A stretch of DNA of 64,000 bases, taken from Octopus bimaculoides (taxonomy: Eukaryota). The stretch lies in the NCBI RefSeq assembly GCF_001194135.2, contig NC_068981.1, forward strand, positions 149,745,075-149,809,074, written 5' to 3'. Shown one piece after another: positions 1 through 12,329 of this stretch. Numbering within the stretch: position 1 is the stretch's first letter; each line of letters begins with the position of its first letter. The notes beneath the pieces are model-generated. The model ran no database searches. It saw nothing but the letters and a program-made list of their open reading frames with translations, and was not told the origin of the DNA. The translations under genes were made by a program, and so were the position numbers.

Positions 1-37
1 TATATATACAGATAATAGGGATTACCACTAAGTGGAC

Positions 38-440
38 ATCCATTATGCTAGAAGAAGATCATCAACGATCTGACCATTAGAGATTGTTCTCAAGAAAATT
101 CCGCAAGCAGCAGAACGTAAGCGACCAAGACGAATGAAAATATACAAAGTATAAAGAATTAATTGTAGACCGGTCTCGCCATCAACCAAAATTACTTACG
201 TAATATTCAGTGGCTCATCAGTACAGTCGTTCTTTTCAATATAATTGCAGAACTATACACGAGACATCTGCATAAAAATTAGACATGTGTATAGTTCTAC
301 CAATTACATTGGGGTTATATTTCAAATAACTTCGTGCAGAACATTTGTTTTGCTCACTTACGTTCTGGTGCTTGCTGAATTTTCTTGAGAACAATCATTA
401 GTGGTCAGGTAATTAAGGAGCTTCTTCTAGTATAATGGAT
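38..440. mobile_element. Foldback/MITE-like element: 83-bp imperfect inverted repeats (38-120 and 358-440) around a ~237-bp spacer
   Basis: Manual alignment of 38-120 with the reverse complement of 358-440 gives 71/83 identities without gaps. No ORF. The MITE call is inference. Confidence 0.5.
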
Positions 441-502
441 TCTTTATGTGAGTTCGTGTGTTGAAGCACTAAAAGAGAACGACTCTCCCCAGACACAACA
501 GC

Positions 503-553
<51 letters not shown>

Positions 554-722
554 NNNNNNNNNNNNNNNNNNNNNNNNNNNNNNNNNNNNNNNNNNNNNNN
601 NNNNNNNNNNNNNNNNNNNNNNNNNNNNNNNNNNNNNNNNNNNNNNNNNNNNNNNNNNNNNNNNNNNNNNTATATATATATAGACATAATGTATGTATAT
701 GTGTATTAATGTATTTTCTTCT

Positions 723-1036
723 AAATTTCGCTGATGTCGACTTTGCTTTTCATACTTTCGGGGTCGATAAATTAAATACCAGTTGCGTACTGGGGCCGAT
801 CTAATCGACTGGACAGAATCGTTTGCACGCTGGGCAAAATGCTTAACGGTATTTCGTCTGCCGTTACGTTCTGAGTTGAAATTCCGCCGAGGTTGACCTT
901 GCCTTTCATCCTTTCGGAGTCGATTAAATAAGTACCAGTTACGCACTGGGGTCGATGTAATCTACTTATTCCCTTTTCCTGTCCTTGTTTGTTCCTTCTG
1001 TGTTTAGTCCCCTGTCGGCAGTAAAGAAATAAAAAA
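723..1036 (+). mobile_element. SINE family A: 5'-truncated copy (723-808) fused to a full copy (809-1036)
   Basis: A-box-like (T)GG(A)CAGAATCG and B-box-like GAGTTGAAATTCC, then the core GCCTTTCATCCTTTCGG.GTCGAT.AAATAAGTACCAG...CTGGGGTCGATGTAATC shared with many copies in the window; A-rich tail at ~1022-1038. Confidence 0.8.
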
Positions 1037-1042
1037 AATGTA

Positions 1043-1160
1043 TGGCTGTGCTGTTAAGAAGCTCGCTTCGCAACCACATAGTTTAGAGTCCGCCTCCCTC
1101 CTGCACGACACTTTGGACAAGCGTATTCTACTGCTAATGTCTCGGGCTGACCATTGTCTT
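1043..1160 (+). mobile_element. SINE family B, 5' head only
   Basis: TGGCTGTG..TAAGAAGCTCGCTTCGCAACCACA...ACACTTTGGACAAGCG matches the reverse complement of the family-B heads at 51500-51581 and 53480-53560. Confidence 0.65.
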
Positions 1161-1664
1161 GTCAGTGAATTTGTTAGGTGTTTGCTGAAGTACATGTTGT
1201 CATCAGAAAGTGTGTTTCTTGAAGAGTTCATTGCCACCCAGCAGAATGTTTTTAACCTTGTTTTTCAATACATGGCTGATGTATTTATTTCGATTGCAAT
1301 TGTTTAGCGGGGCCATATCATATCCTACGACACACGGACGCTGTCTGTGCTGAAATGAAGTCTATTCCCCCGTGCACCCTTCGGAAGTACGGTCTGTTGA
1401 GATCACTTTTCCTATGGAAATATGCAGCTATTCTTAGTTTCTTACGGGCTTTAATATATGAAACGCGGATTTCCTATATAGTCTATCAGAGTAACTTAAA
1501 TGTTTGGGTTTTTTTTTGCGTTAAGGTTGGGAAGGACAGCTAGCCATAGGAACTATGCCATACAGGTATTGGATATCACCGTAATGTTGAACCCTATCAA
1601 ACTGTCAAAACCTTGCTGGAATGAATATTAAATGATGACGATGTTATGATGATGAGGTCACTCT

Positions 1665-1725
1665 CTCTTTCTGTCTCTCTCTCTCTCTCTCCTTCTCTCA
1701 CTCTCTCCTTCTCTCTCTCTCTCCT

Positions 1726-1756
<31 letters not shown>

Positions 1757-1791
1757 AACTCACACACAGAAACACACAGGCATTAACACAG

Positions 1792-1849
<58 letters not shown>

Positions 1850-1872
1850 GTATATATATATANNNNNNNNNN

Positions 1873-1947
<75 letters not shown>

Positions 1948-1965
1948 GTAGGTATGTATATGTAT
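1665..1965. repeat. Compound microsatellite (CT)n-(CA)n-(TA)n with a small gap; representative of dozens of (CA/TG)n, (TA)n, (CT)n and (TACA)n tracts in the window
   Basis: Directly visible. Confidence 0.95.
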
Positions 1966-2506
1966 GTACAGAACATCTATAGAAAGGTATATGGTTTCGA
2001 AGATGTTTCTTTCAATTTTATTACATAAAATATTCGCTTCGTCTTCTTGCAAATTTATGATTATTGTTATATTACACAATTTGATTATATTTAAAACTTA
2101 GTGTAGTGATTTGCTAGTCAATATTGTCAATAAACTTGTGAAATTTGTTTTTATTAATATCGAAATTTCGTCAGATGTCTTATGCCAGTTTTAATATTTT
2201 TGTTGTTAGCAATTTAATATTCAATAATGCTGAGGTTGTTCACACATGTCTGGGAACTGAAAATGTTATAGTGGACATATATTCTCCTATTCCTAACGTT
2301 GTTGTCATTGCCAGCTATCATTTTGCCGAAATGTTGATACAATTACATTGTTAGATATCTATGTCTACGATAATATGACACAAAAATGTAGAAACAAACG
2401 AAAGTAATCAATACCATTAGTCTGAGTTTGTCATCTTCAACTTAATTTTGTTACAACTAAATGAATAAATATATAAAATGAAATAACATTTTATTTGCAA
2501 AACTAA

Positions 2507-2700
2507 TCTTATATATAAAATAGAACTGTGTGTGTGTGTGTGTGTGTGTGTGAGTGTGTGTGTGTGTGTGTGAGTGTGTGTCTGTGTGTGTGAGTGTGTG
2601 TGTGTGTGTGTATTAATTTTTCACGCGAAAACGCCTATGCGAATTGGTTCTATATTTGGGGTGCATGAATAATTTGGCCTCGGGTACATACGATCTTCAT
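2507..2700 (+). mobile_element. Possible non-autonomous Helitron 5' end
   Basis: A|TCTTATATATAAAATAGAAC followed by (TG)n and ...CACGCGAAAACG...ATTGG...TTTGG. This resembles the TC-TATATATAAAA plus microsatellite start of animal non-autonomous Helitrons (from memory). No 3' CTAG/hairpin found. Confidence 0.3.
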
Positions 2701-3070
2701 TCTATTGTTTTTTTTAATAAAAAATAAATAATATTGCTTTATATATATGATTCACTTCTTTAAAAAAGGTTTTTCAACGTCAGCTTCCTGTGTTTTAATA
2801 TTTTCATTTTCATTTCAAGTTTTAATTCGCTATTTGCAAACAAGTACGGTAAATTACTGAAAGAAACATTTACTAAGCATGTGAAAATTTTTATAAATTG
2901 AAGTTTTCAACAAAATTTGCTTTCTGAACTTCCTTTTATTATTGAATATTTCAAGTTCACAAATTTAAATATTCGGTACAAGATAGTTTTTATCGAGCTT
3001 TTATTTATACGATCTTTTCATTTCCCCGTTTGCAATGTTCTCTCTGCCTGTCTCATCCGCACAAACACCA

Positions 3071-3127
3071 TCTCTCTAATATAAACACATACACACAGAG
3101 ACACGCACACACACACATGCACACACA

Positions 3128-3160
<33 letters not shown>

Positions 3161-3243
3161 TGTCTCTGTAATATAAACACACACACCGTCTCTCTAATAT
3201 GAACACACACACAGACACACTCTCTCTCTGTAATATAAACACA
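3071..3243. repeat. Degenerate minisatellite: four TCTCT(C/G)TAATAT(A/G)AACAC units separated by variable (CA)n
   Basis: Units at ~3071, 3163, 3189 and 3221. Confidence 0.75.
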
Positions 3244-3498
3244 CTCACACACTCCAGGTTTAATTTCGTTATTACACAAATATCACATTAGATTTTTGCA
3301 ATTCAACATGGGGCGTACAGAAGAATATGAGCATTCCTTCGCTTGAACCCGCACACTTCGTTAACTTCCGTATAAATTTTCTATTTATTTACTTTTTGCG
3401 CACTGTGTTCAGGTCTATGTATTTGTAGCCAGGACACGTATGTATGTACGTACATTTGTGTACATTTATATATATGTGTGTGTGTTTGTGTGTGTGTA

Positions 3499-3538
<40 letters not shown>

Positions 3539-3764
3539 CGAGTGATGTGGTGTTTTGTCATGTATACGTAGATAAATAAATACATATGCATACATCGTTT
3601 TTGTATGTATGTGTGCGTGTGTGTGAGAGAGGGAGAGAGAGGGAGGAGTGATGTCTAAGTGGCGCTCACTCTCTATCTTTCTCACTCACGCACACACATA
3701 CATACAAAAAAGATGTATGCATATTTATTTATGGATGTACTTATACAGGACAACGCACCCTTTC

Positions 3765-3837
3765 ACTCACTCATTCACTCACTCACTCACTCACTCACTC
3801 ACACACTCTCTCACTCACTCACTAACTCACTCACTCA

Positions 3838-3898
<61 letters not shown>

Positions 3899-3900
3899 AC
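3765..3900. repeat. (TCAC)n followed by (TC)n microsatellite
   Basis: Directly visible. Confidence 0.95.
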
Positions 3901-4668
3901 ACACACGCATACACGTCCATTTCATATATACTTTTATACATCTTTCAGTTTCTCCTCTATTTCACTTTAAAACAAAAGTAAATAAATAAAAAAAATTCAG
4001 AAATTAATGAACAAAACCAGCTGTTCATTTTGGCGTTTCTGCGGGTTCAACCGAAAGAACGCCAGCATATGTGACTGAACAAGAACATTTAGCAGAAAGG
4101 CACGATGGCAGACAATATCATAAAAATCATTAGAACTGGGAAACAGATGTGAAAATATTATCAAGTGGCTTGCAGAAAGCCGCCTGAAAGGTACTCTTTC
4201 TGGTAGTGATATTATAATTTAACATAAAATTTTAAGATATAAAACACAATATATATGAAATTAGAAATTTGAAAGCTAAAAGTCACCAGGGTATTTTTTT
4301 AACAATTAAAAATTAAGTGGAAAGAATATATTTTATAACGATACAATTAATTCTAAAAAAGAAACAAAAATCAAATACTAAGTTTGTTGTAACCTCATTC
4401 AAATTTAGCTAACAACAAAGATAATTAGCGTAACACATTGCAGCTTCAACTAACTCATGACATATTTTCAGATCATTACAGCTGGGAATTATTTATGCTT
4501 TTCATTAGAGACACGTGTGCCAATTTTAGTTTATTTGTTTCATTTGTTGTTATTGTTGATGTCTATGTAAGATAGACAGATAGTATCCCTAAATCAATGA
4601 TGAAAAGTTGTCCAACAATTAACCTGTTATTTTCTTTTAGACATGAGTTGTTAACAACTTAATTATTG

Positions 4669-4886
4669 GTATCAAAGTTTGGCAGTAGGCCAGCAATTTC
4701 GGGGTAAGGGTTAAGTCGATTACATTGACCCCAGTGTTCAACTGGTACTTGTCTTATTGACCTCTAAAGGATGGAGGGCAAAGTCGACCTCGGCGGAATT
4801 TGAACTCAGAACGTTAAATCGGAGAAAACGCTGTGAAGCATTTTTCCCAGTATGGTAACGATCCTGCCAACCCGCCGCCATTATTT
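4669..4886 (-). mobile_element. SINE family A, full copy with 15-bp target-site duplication
   Basis: Reverse-complement family-A sequence; ACAACTTAATTATTG at both 4654-4668 and 4887-4901. Confidence 0.9.
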
Positions 4887-5004
4887 ACAACTTAATTATT
4901 GAACGTGTCTTTCGTATTTTGAAGACAATACGGAATATTTGACCTATCTGTAACAGGTGGTGTGTGCTCACAAACTCTATTCATGACCGTGTTTAGCAAT
5001 CAAC

Positions 5005-5170
5005 CAGCTATGTGGCAAATTGACAGAGTCGCTACAGGGTTATTTATGCCTACTATTTTCATTCTGAATTCAAATCGCACTACGTCAGCTTTACTTTTCG
5101 GCATTTCGGAATCGATAAAAATATCAATACGGAGCGGTGTATTGGTGCAACTATTAGAGGGTCAGGTATG
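5005..5170 (+). mobile_element. SINE family A, highly decayed copy
   Basis: TTCTGAATTCAAATC...TTTCGG.ATCGATAAAAAT remnants. Confidence 0.5.
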
Positions 5171-5832
5171 AACCTTCGCGGTTTCTATTCTGGTTCTACG
5201 TTAAGACAGCATTGCATACGATGGCAGACTAGTGAATCGTATCTGCCGAGAAGTCAGTGGCCTTTTACTTCAGGAAACTTGCATACAGGGGCAACTAGCA
5301 ATCTTCTTTAAAACTATCGTTTAGACCTCAGCATACAGGTACAAGGTACGGTCAACTTTGACCGCCGAACACCTAAATTAATTCAGCTTGCCACCACAAA
5401 CGTTTCTGTCCCTTAAAAAAACTTATTGTCAAGTTCTACGAATTCATTTATAAAGAGATATTAGCCACTTTAAAAACAAAATATTACAGTCTGCATACCA
5501 GAACTCCTTGACTGTATATCAGTGTGATTAACATTATGGTTTACATCAAAGTAACTTTAGTTTGCTGTACACTTAAAATTTGCTATAGTAATAAATATTT
5601 TATAAAGGATATTTTCATTAGTTTTTACTGCTATTTAATTAAAGGTTGATCAATAAACATAGCCACGAGCAAAAGCATTAAGTATTTAGGGTTAAATTTT
5701 TCAACGTGTGCTTCAAGAGTAAGATATGTAAGCAATTTCGTTAGTAGTTCCTGTGACCTAGTAAGGGATTTCATATAAATATTAACTATTGGTAGCCATA
5801 TGAAGATATATGCTAATATTACTATTCTATGT

Positions 5833-6050
5833 AAGGTGTCTAACTGGCAGAATCTTTACTGCGCCGGAAGAAATGCTTAGCGACATATCTTCTAACTTTG
5901 CGTTCTGAGTTCAAAACTGCCAGCGTCGACTTCTTCTTTCATTATATCAAGGTCGATAAACCAAGTACCAGTTAATCACAGGGGTCGACGTAATCGATTT
6001 ACTCGCTCCTCGAAATTGCTGGCTTTGTACCAAAATTTGAAACCAATATG
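5833..6050 (+). mobile_element. SINE family A, full copy
   Basis: CTGGCAGAATC...TTCTGAGTTCAAA...GGTCGATAAACCAAGTACCAG...GGGGTCGACGTAATCG...AAATTTGAAACCAATAT. Confidence 0.85.
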
Positions 6051-7429
6051 TGCATAACTACAGAAAAGACTGATACATTTACATATGACACGGTCATGTG
6101 TGGTAACCTTTATCCACATCGATTTGCATATTATTTGTATATTATTCTGGGAAGCATTTAACAAACAATTATGTTGATATTCAACTTGAAAGAAAGAAAT
6201 TATCAAAAGTACTATATTTCTGATTTAATATTTTGATTATTGTACTTGGATAAAAAAAAAAAAATCATTATTTCTAAGCTAACTACATAAGTTGAAAACA
6301 AACGCTATCAATTATAATATTGATTTGCTTTTAACTTATGCAACTGTAAAAGATTTTTATCAAATCAACTTTAACAAGAGCTGTTTATTTACAGATCAAT
6401 CACAGTATGAAGTGTTAAAAATAACAGCAAGCAAAACAAAGTAATTGATATTACGTGTGTTTCGTCAACAGTATGTAATTATTTAGAAGGCCCATCTAAA
6501 TATTTGTGAATACATTCCTTATGTTTTTTTCATTTTCCCTAGCTATCAAGTAAGCATATCAAGATTATAAGGGAAACGTTCTGGTGTGATCGAAGCCGAT
6601 AACTTGATAAAGTATTTCAGTTTGACGGGAAATATCGACAAGTGTCTACTGTCTTCGGAAATGTAATTTCCTAAGATTGTTATTTTATTTTTAGATAAAC
6701 TTATATATTGCTTCAATCGTTATCCACCAATAACACTAGTAAATATCATACACACATGAATTCATATACACTGAGGCACGCAAATGAGATATATACATAC
6801 CTATATATATAAGACACGTATGCATACACGCATTCATAGATATGTGTGTGTGTGTGCGTGTGTACATACGTACGTATATGTATATTTATATATACATTTA
6901 CTCATACAATAGCAATTTCTTTGCCAGATGTTTTTACTCGTTATTATCTTTTGATCACTTAATGTTTGTTTTAAAGTTCCAAATTCACACTTCTAATCTC
7001 CTCTTTAAACACTGATATTAAAAAACGTTGTTCCGTGGTCGATTTAAGCTCACAAGCATGCCTACGTCATACGCAACAACAACAATAACATCAACAATAA
7101 GAACATTAGGGAAAAGTGATAAAAATCATCGGCTATAAACAATGCCGCAGTAGAATGAATAACATAAGTTTAATAGTTATATTAAAATAACGAAAATTGA
7201 ATTAACGAAGCGATAAATAAATTCTAAAGAGCAAAGTTTACTTCGAGAATACACACTAATAACATTTTATAGAGCTTGGTCAATTTTTTGTTAACCGTTG
7301 CTTTATTAAAATGTGCGGAATTATAACAATGATCTAGTTGTTGCCACTTCCAGTAACACACGCTTATGCAAATAACACAAACATTCATTCCACCGTGATC
7401 TTCTTTAGTCATATATCCTCCATATGCAA

Positions 7430-8085
7430 GTTAGATACCACACGTTAAAACTTGCTTAATTCCATAAACGCATATCTTGAGTGCATCCTCCAACGTTAAC
7501 GTGCCAAACTTTGCTCTTTTAGTTATATACCCGCGTAAACAAAAACTCTGACTCAGTTCTACTCGAAAAAGAAATCCACTGTGCTATATTCCTTATGAAG
7601 TTGAGTGGCACTCAGCTATCTGCCTGACAGTGGATCCAAAGGTTGGGTTTGACTATCACCAAAACTTTCTAGTGGCGAAATAATATCCATAGCATCGTTA
7701 GTACTAATTTCTAACGATTGACCTTTCTGTTTTGGACAAATAATAATTAAGCGCCCAACTGCTGCTGGCGCTTTACAAGACCTAAGTGTGGTACACGATG
7801 CTCTCACATCTAGGAGGGTGTTGCTACTATGCACACTGATATCATGGATCTCACGGCTAAATGACACTCCATTGGTTATAAATGCTTTCCAGCCTCCGAC
7901 TGGAATGCATCTAGCATCAAATTTCTCCTTTTTAAATAGTACTATGATGACCTCTGCTCCTCAAACATGGTTGACCTCATACCAACATCATTCAGGTAGC
8001 CCTGATTTACCCTTCTCTATAATTTTGGTACCACTAGTGAGGTGAGGTGGCGATCCAACTCTCTTACTTTGCATTAGGCACTATA
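7430..8085 (-). pseudogene. Decayed reading frame, probably LINE (CR1/L2-like) reverse transcriptase N-terminal part
   Basis: My translation of one minus frame runs ~190 codons with few stops: ..GLPE*CWYEVNHV*GAEVIIVLFKKEKFD..RASCTT..LESFGDS..DFFFE*N*VRVFVYAG. This loosely follows LINE RT motifs (W..A.VIPLFKKG; RSC.T; KAFDS; FL.NR.QRV.V.G). More GC-rich than its flanks. Confidence 0.4.
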
Positions 8086-8187
8086 CTTATTCAGTCATCA
8101 CCAAAGAATTGTTCCTTTCGAATTTCAGAAGTTTAAACAAAGCAAAAACTTCCTCTTAATTCACTCACACGGATTACGTCGCAAACG

Positions 8188-8260
<73 letters not shown>

Positions 8261-10496
8261 TTTAGGGAAGTACGTAGATAGCAGTGCTCTTCGTAAAATT
8301 CAATTTCTTGTCATAGGTTTGAAGCTAGGAAGAACAAGATTACTCATTACAATATAGCATTGAGGTTGGTGATTTACTGTATCTTGTACGGCATCTCACC
8401 TTTCTGGATTTAAATTACACGTAAATTAATGAAAAGACGACGTGATCGAGATGTTCGACCAATTTTGACAAAACGGCATATTAAGGAATGATGCTAAAGT
8501 ACGGGGAATTAATGGATGGCTTGGTTATAGCAAAATCATATTAATTGTGTTGTTATAGCTTGCATGGTATGCATGGATGAAACTGTTTAAATGAACCGCT
8601 TTTATGAATTGTATATATTGTGCTAAAACTTTTAGCAAAAGCCAAAGAGGAGCCATTACAAGAACTGCATCGCTTTGATAAGGAATCGGATAATACGTTT
8701 CATGTTCGATTCTCACTTAGAACTATTGATTTCTTACTGTTGGGTAATTAAATCTGCGATTCAAATTTAATTACATTTCATATTCAGCAACGCCAATGAA
8801 ATTTAAAAACAGATTTGCTTATTAGTACTGTTACGGTACCTTTATGCTTTCATTTAGGAAAAAGTCGCCTCTGATCCTTACCGAGTCAATACAACAATTT
8901 TAAGGGGATTTCTCAAGATTTTGAGACTTGTGCTTAAATTAGAAATTTGTTCCCATAAGCCTAATCAATACTTACAGAAAATGCTGGCGAATGATTTAAT
9001 GTACTTTGCACATTACGGTAGAACGGAGTTGGGGATCTGAAAGTGAATGCGATTCTACCTTACATATGCCAGTAACGTCCTTCGGAAAAGCATAAAAGCC
9101 AAACATCCCATTTTCATCTCTATATTATAGGTCTTTCATTTCTATTCAAATGATAACAATTCTTCAATAATAGAATAAGTTCTATTATTTGTTCATCTTT
9201 TCTTCAAAATTAAACTTTCAACACGCTTTCCTTAATTTAATTATTTTTCTCTACCGATTCACAATCAAGGGAATTTAATCAATGACAATTTTAAAATATT
9301 TGTATACACCATGGAAATTATCTTGATTCTTATTCATTTTATGCGAATAGAACTGTATCTTTTTCTTATTCATTTTAGAGCATTCTTTTCATTGTTGAAG
9401 ACCATTAAATTATAATGGTATGAATATCTCTTACATTCCTTCTCTCCAAACCCTATAGATTATCAACGAAGTTCAGGTTGCCAATACAAAGAAACCAATA
9501 TTTAATTAGATGTTATGTTGAAGGTTGTTGTCCAAGAAGTAATCTCTCAGGATTTTAAGGTTGAGAAGCACTATCAATTACTAAATGATGCTTATTCACA
9601 CCCATTATCTCGATGATACCTTTGGGAAAGTCATGGAAACGTAATTTCTTTAAACTCCTCATATTTCTTTAAAGAAATGAGAAGTAAAACCTTGCAAATA
9701 ATAAAAAAGATATTGGTTTATGTTCTACAAGAACAAATATGAAGCTACTTTATGTTTTAAACCAAGTAAAACGCACTGAACTAAACATTCCTATTCTTGT
9801 TTTTAGTTGTTAGATATCAGATAAAAGTGTAAATTCACAAATTTTATTTTACATATTTTATAGTTATATATGTGTGTGTGTGTGTCAAAACTAACTTTAA
9901 TATCAAATTTGCTTTTCCTATTTTCATATTATTGCTTTTACCCTAAGTTTAATGCAATGCCATACAAAGATGAATGGAGAATCGTGGCTTGTATAAAGTT
10001 TCGGTATGCGAGAAATATGATAGAATCACCTGGGGAGTGAAAGCAAGCTACAAAAAATCTTCAGTTTGGTGAGATATTCCTTATTGTACTCTAGTAATTG
10101 CTAAATTTACATTATTCTTTTACATAAAATATCTAAGGCTACAGTGCTAGATATAGTTTGTCTAGGACTACGTGACTTAAGGAATCCTTCTATTTTTAAG
10201 AAGGTTGAATATGATATGAGAGAAATTAGACTACTCTTTCTAGTCATTAAATAACCATCCACAAGAATTTCACGCCGCTTCACCTAATATTCATATTCTC
10301 ATGCTGTTCAATAAAACACTGTTTAAATGTGTACATTAATAATCAGAGCTATGAAGGAAAGGGGTATCTAAGAAAATCTTTTGAATTAGTAATGCCTTAA
10401 TGGAAAATGAAATAGCATGATAAGCAATCTATGTCCTAATGGTATTATGATAATTAAAAAAATGTAGGACAAGATATTCAACAGTATTTCTTCTAA

Positions 10497-10635
10497 CATT
10501 TCATCCGTCTTTACTTTTCATCCTTTCGGGTTCGATAGCATAAAGTAGCTGTTGAGCAATGAGGTCAGTGTCATTAACAATTCCCCTCCATCTATAAACA
10601 AGAATTCAGGCTTTGTGCCAACAATAGAAAGAATT
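10497..10635 (+). mobile_element. SINE family A, partial and decayed
   Basis: TTTTCATCCTTTCGGGTTCGATA...CAGGCTTTGTGCCAACAATAGAAAG. Confidence 0.6.
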
Positions 10636-11727
10636 TTAATAGATCTCCAAAATTTTTGAGGAAAATTTGGAAAAGAAATCTGCATTGGAGAGACCGGTAC
10701 GTTCTCGGTGGGGAAGTTAATTCATGTCTCCATTTCACATTACCACAGGAGTGTCTTTAAGAAGACCACTCTTCTTGTTCGAAGGCATATGGTCTAAGAA
10801 TAAACTTTCTCCCTTACGTTCACTAGTCTCTGAGTTCCTGAAGAAGCAACAATGTCTAGAGTGTCGCGCTTTCTACAAGTTTAAAGAAAAACGCATTTGT
10901 GTTGTTGGGAATCACTGTCGGTTTGGATGAAACATACTCTGAGCAACATCTTACAGCAATCAATTTATTTAGACTATGAAATATGTATCCACTATATACG
11001 CTGTTAATTGATGACAACAGTAAGCAATAAACGAATTGCATTTATTTATAAGACATTTATTTCGAAATTGAGCATGTTAAATATATTGGCAATGCACGTA
11101 ACGCGAGGAATATTGCAATAAAAAAATTATGAAACTCATAAACAACCCTCTCTATTAAACGCTTTTTATCTGCAAATTAATTAAAATAATGACAATAATC
11201 GGAGAGCTACCTACTGGTTTCAAGTTCTATTAACTTGCAGCAAACATAAAAACAAATGTATAATTCTAAATCACATGTCTATCAACTAAACGCATTAAAG
11301 ATTCCATCAATTATGAAAATATGAAAACAAATGTACAATATAGTCAATTTTACTCAAACATAATTACCACGTTTATCACTTTCGCATATTTTACTTCAAA
11401 TCCTGATCTTAAAATATTATGGTTGCAGATGAATGAACTGCCAGGAAGGGCAGTTTATCAGACAAAACCATTTACAATAATCAGTCTTCTCTTTTCCGTT
11501 CTGAGTTCAGATTAAGCTCGTGTAACTTAAATGAAAATTTACAAGAATGTGTATGAAAGATATTAATAAATTGAAAGAGGAGTTAGATAAAATTTTTACA
11601 TTCCTCATTTAAAATAATGAAAATGAACGGAAAGAAAAGAAAAGGCTTGAAAGGGGCCATGTTGAAGATAATAATTTAATTATTTTATGCACATTGCGAA
11701 GAACGGAGAAATATGGAAAGCAGTTGC

Positions 11728-11900
11728 AATATTGATTTCAAATTTTGGCTCAAGGCCAACAAATCCGGGGGAAGGGAGTAAGTCGATTACATGGACCCCG
11801 GTGTTCGATTAGTACTTATTTAATCGATTTCGAAGGATGAACGGCAAAATCAACCTCACCAAAATTCAAAATGCCGCTAAGCATTTGCCTGGCGTGTTAC
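11728..11900 (-). mobile_element. SINE family A with internal deletion
   Basis: ATATTGATTTCAAATTTTGG...AGTCGATTACAT.GACCCC...GTACTTATTT...GCTAAGCATTTGCC. Confidence 0.8.
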
Positions 11901-12329
11901 ATTAAAGCATTAATGGCTTATGCAGAAAAATAAATTCAGAACTGATTTTCTTGATGCATACTTGCTATATTAGCTGCAGATAATAGAGCTTGTAAATGAT
12001 AATTGTTTATGGAGAGTTTATCCTTATCGCCAGTTTGTAGCTGCTGAAGTAGCATCGTTATGTCAGTGTTATTGCTGAGGATAAGTAAAACTATGTAACA
12101 CAAAAGATGAACTTTAAACTGTATATTTGAAATCTTCATTTCAAATATGTTGTTTAAAATTATGAGTCATCTTATTTATGTTAAATCCTGTCCTTCGACT
12201 TCAGAATATTCAAACTATACTGAGAATGTAATGTTTTACTAGTACTTGCAATATATTTTTGTGTTGTATTTTTGTGGGGATATTGTGACAATGGGTAAAC
12301 AGACATTCTTGCGCTTCATTTGTGCGACA

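Noticed and set aside
7900-7960. VIIVLFKKEKFD resembling dUTPase (VLFNFGKEKF)
   Set aside because: The flanking dUTPase motifs are absent; the context fits a LINE RT better.
9166-9189. 10-bp hairpin AATAATAGAA/TTCTATTATT
   Set aside because: Short and very AT-rich; expected by chance.
10724-10930. 68-aa Cys-containing ORF
   Set aside because: No recognisable domain. The opposite strand reads LDIVA/LQELR, suggesting a decayed LINE APE endonuclease, but this is too weak to annotate.
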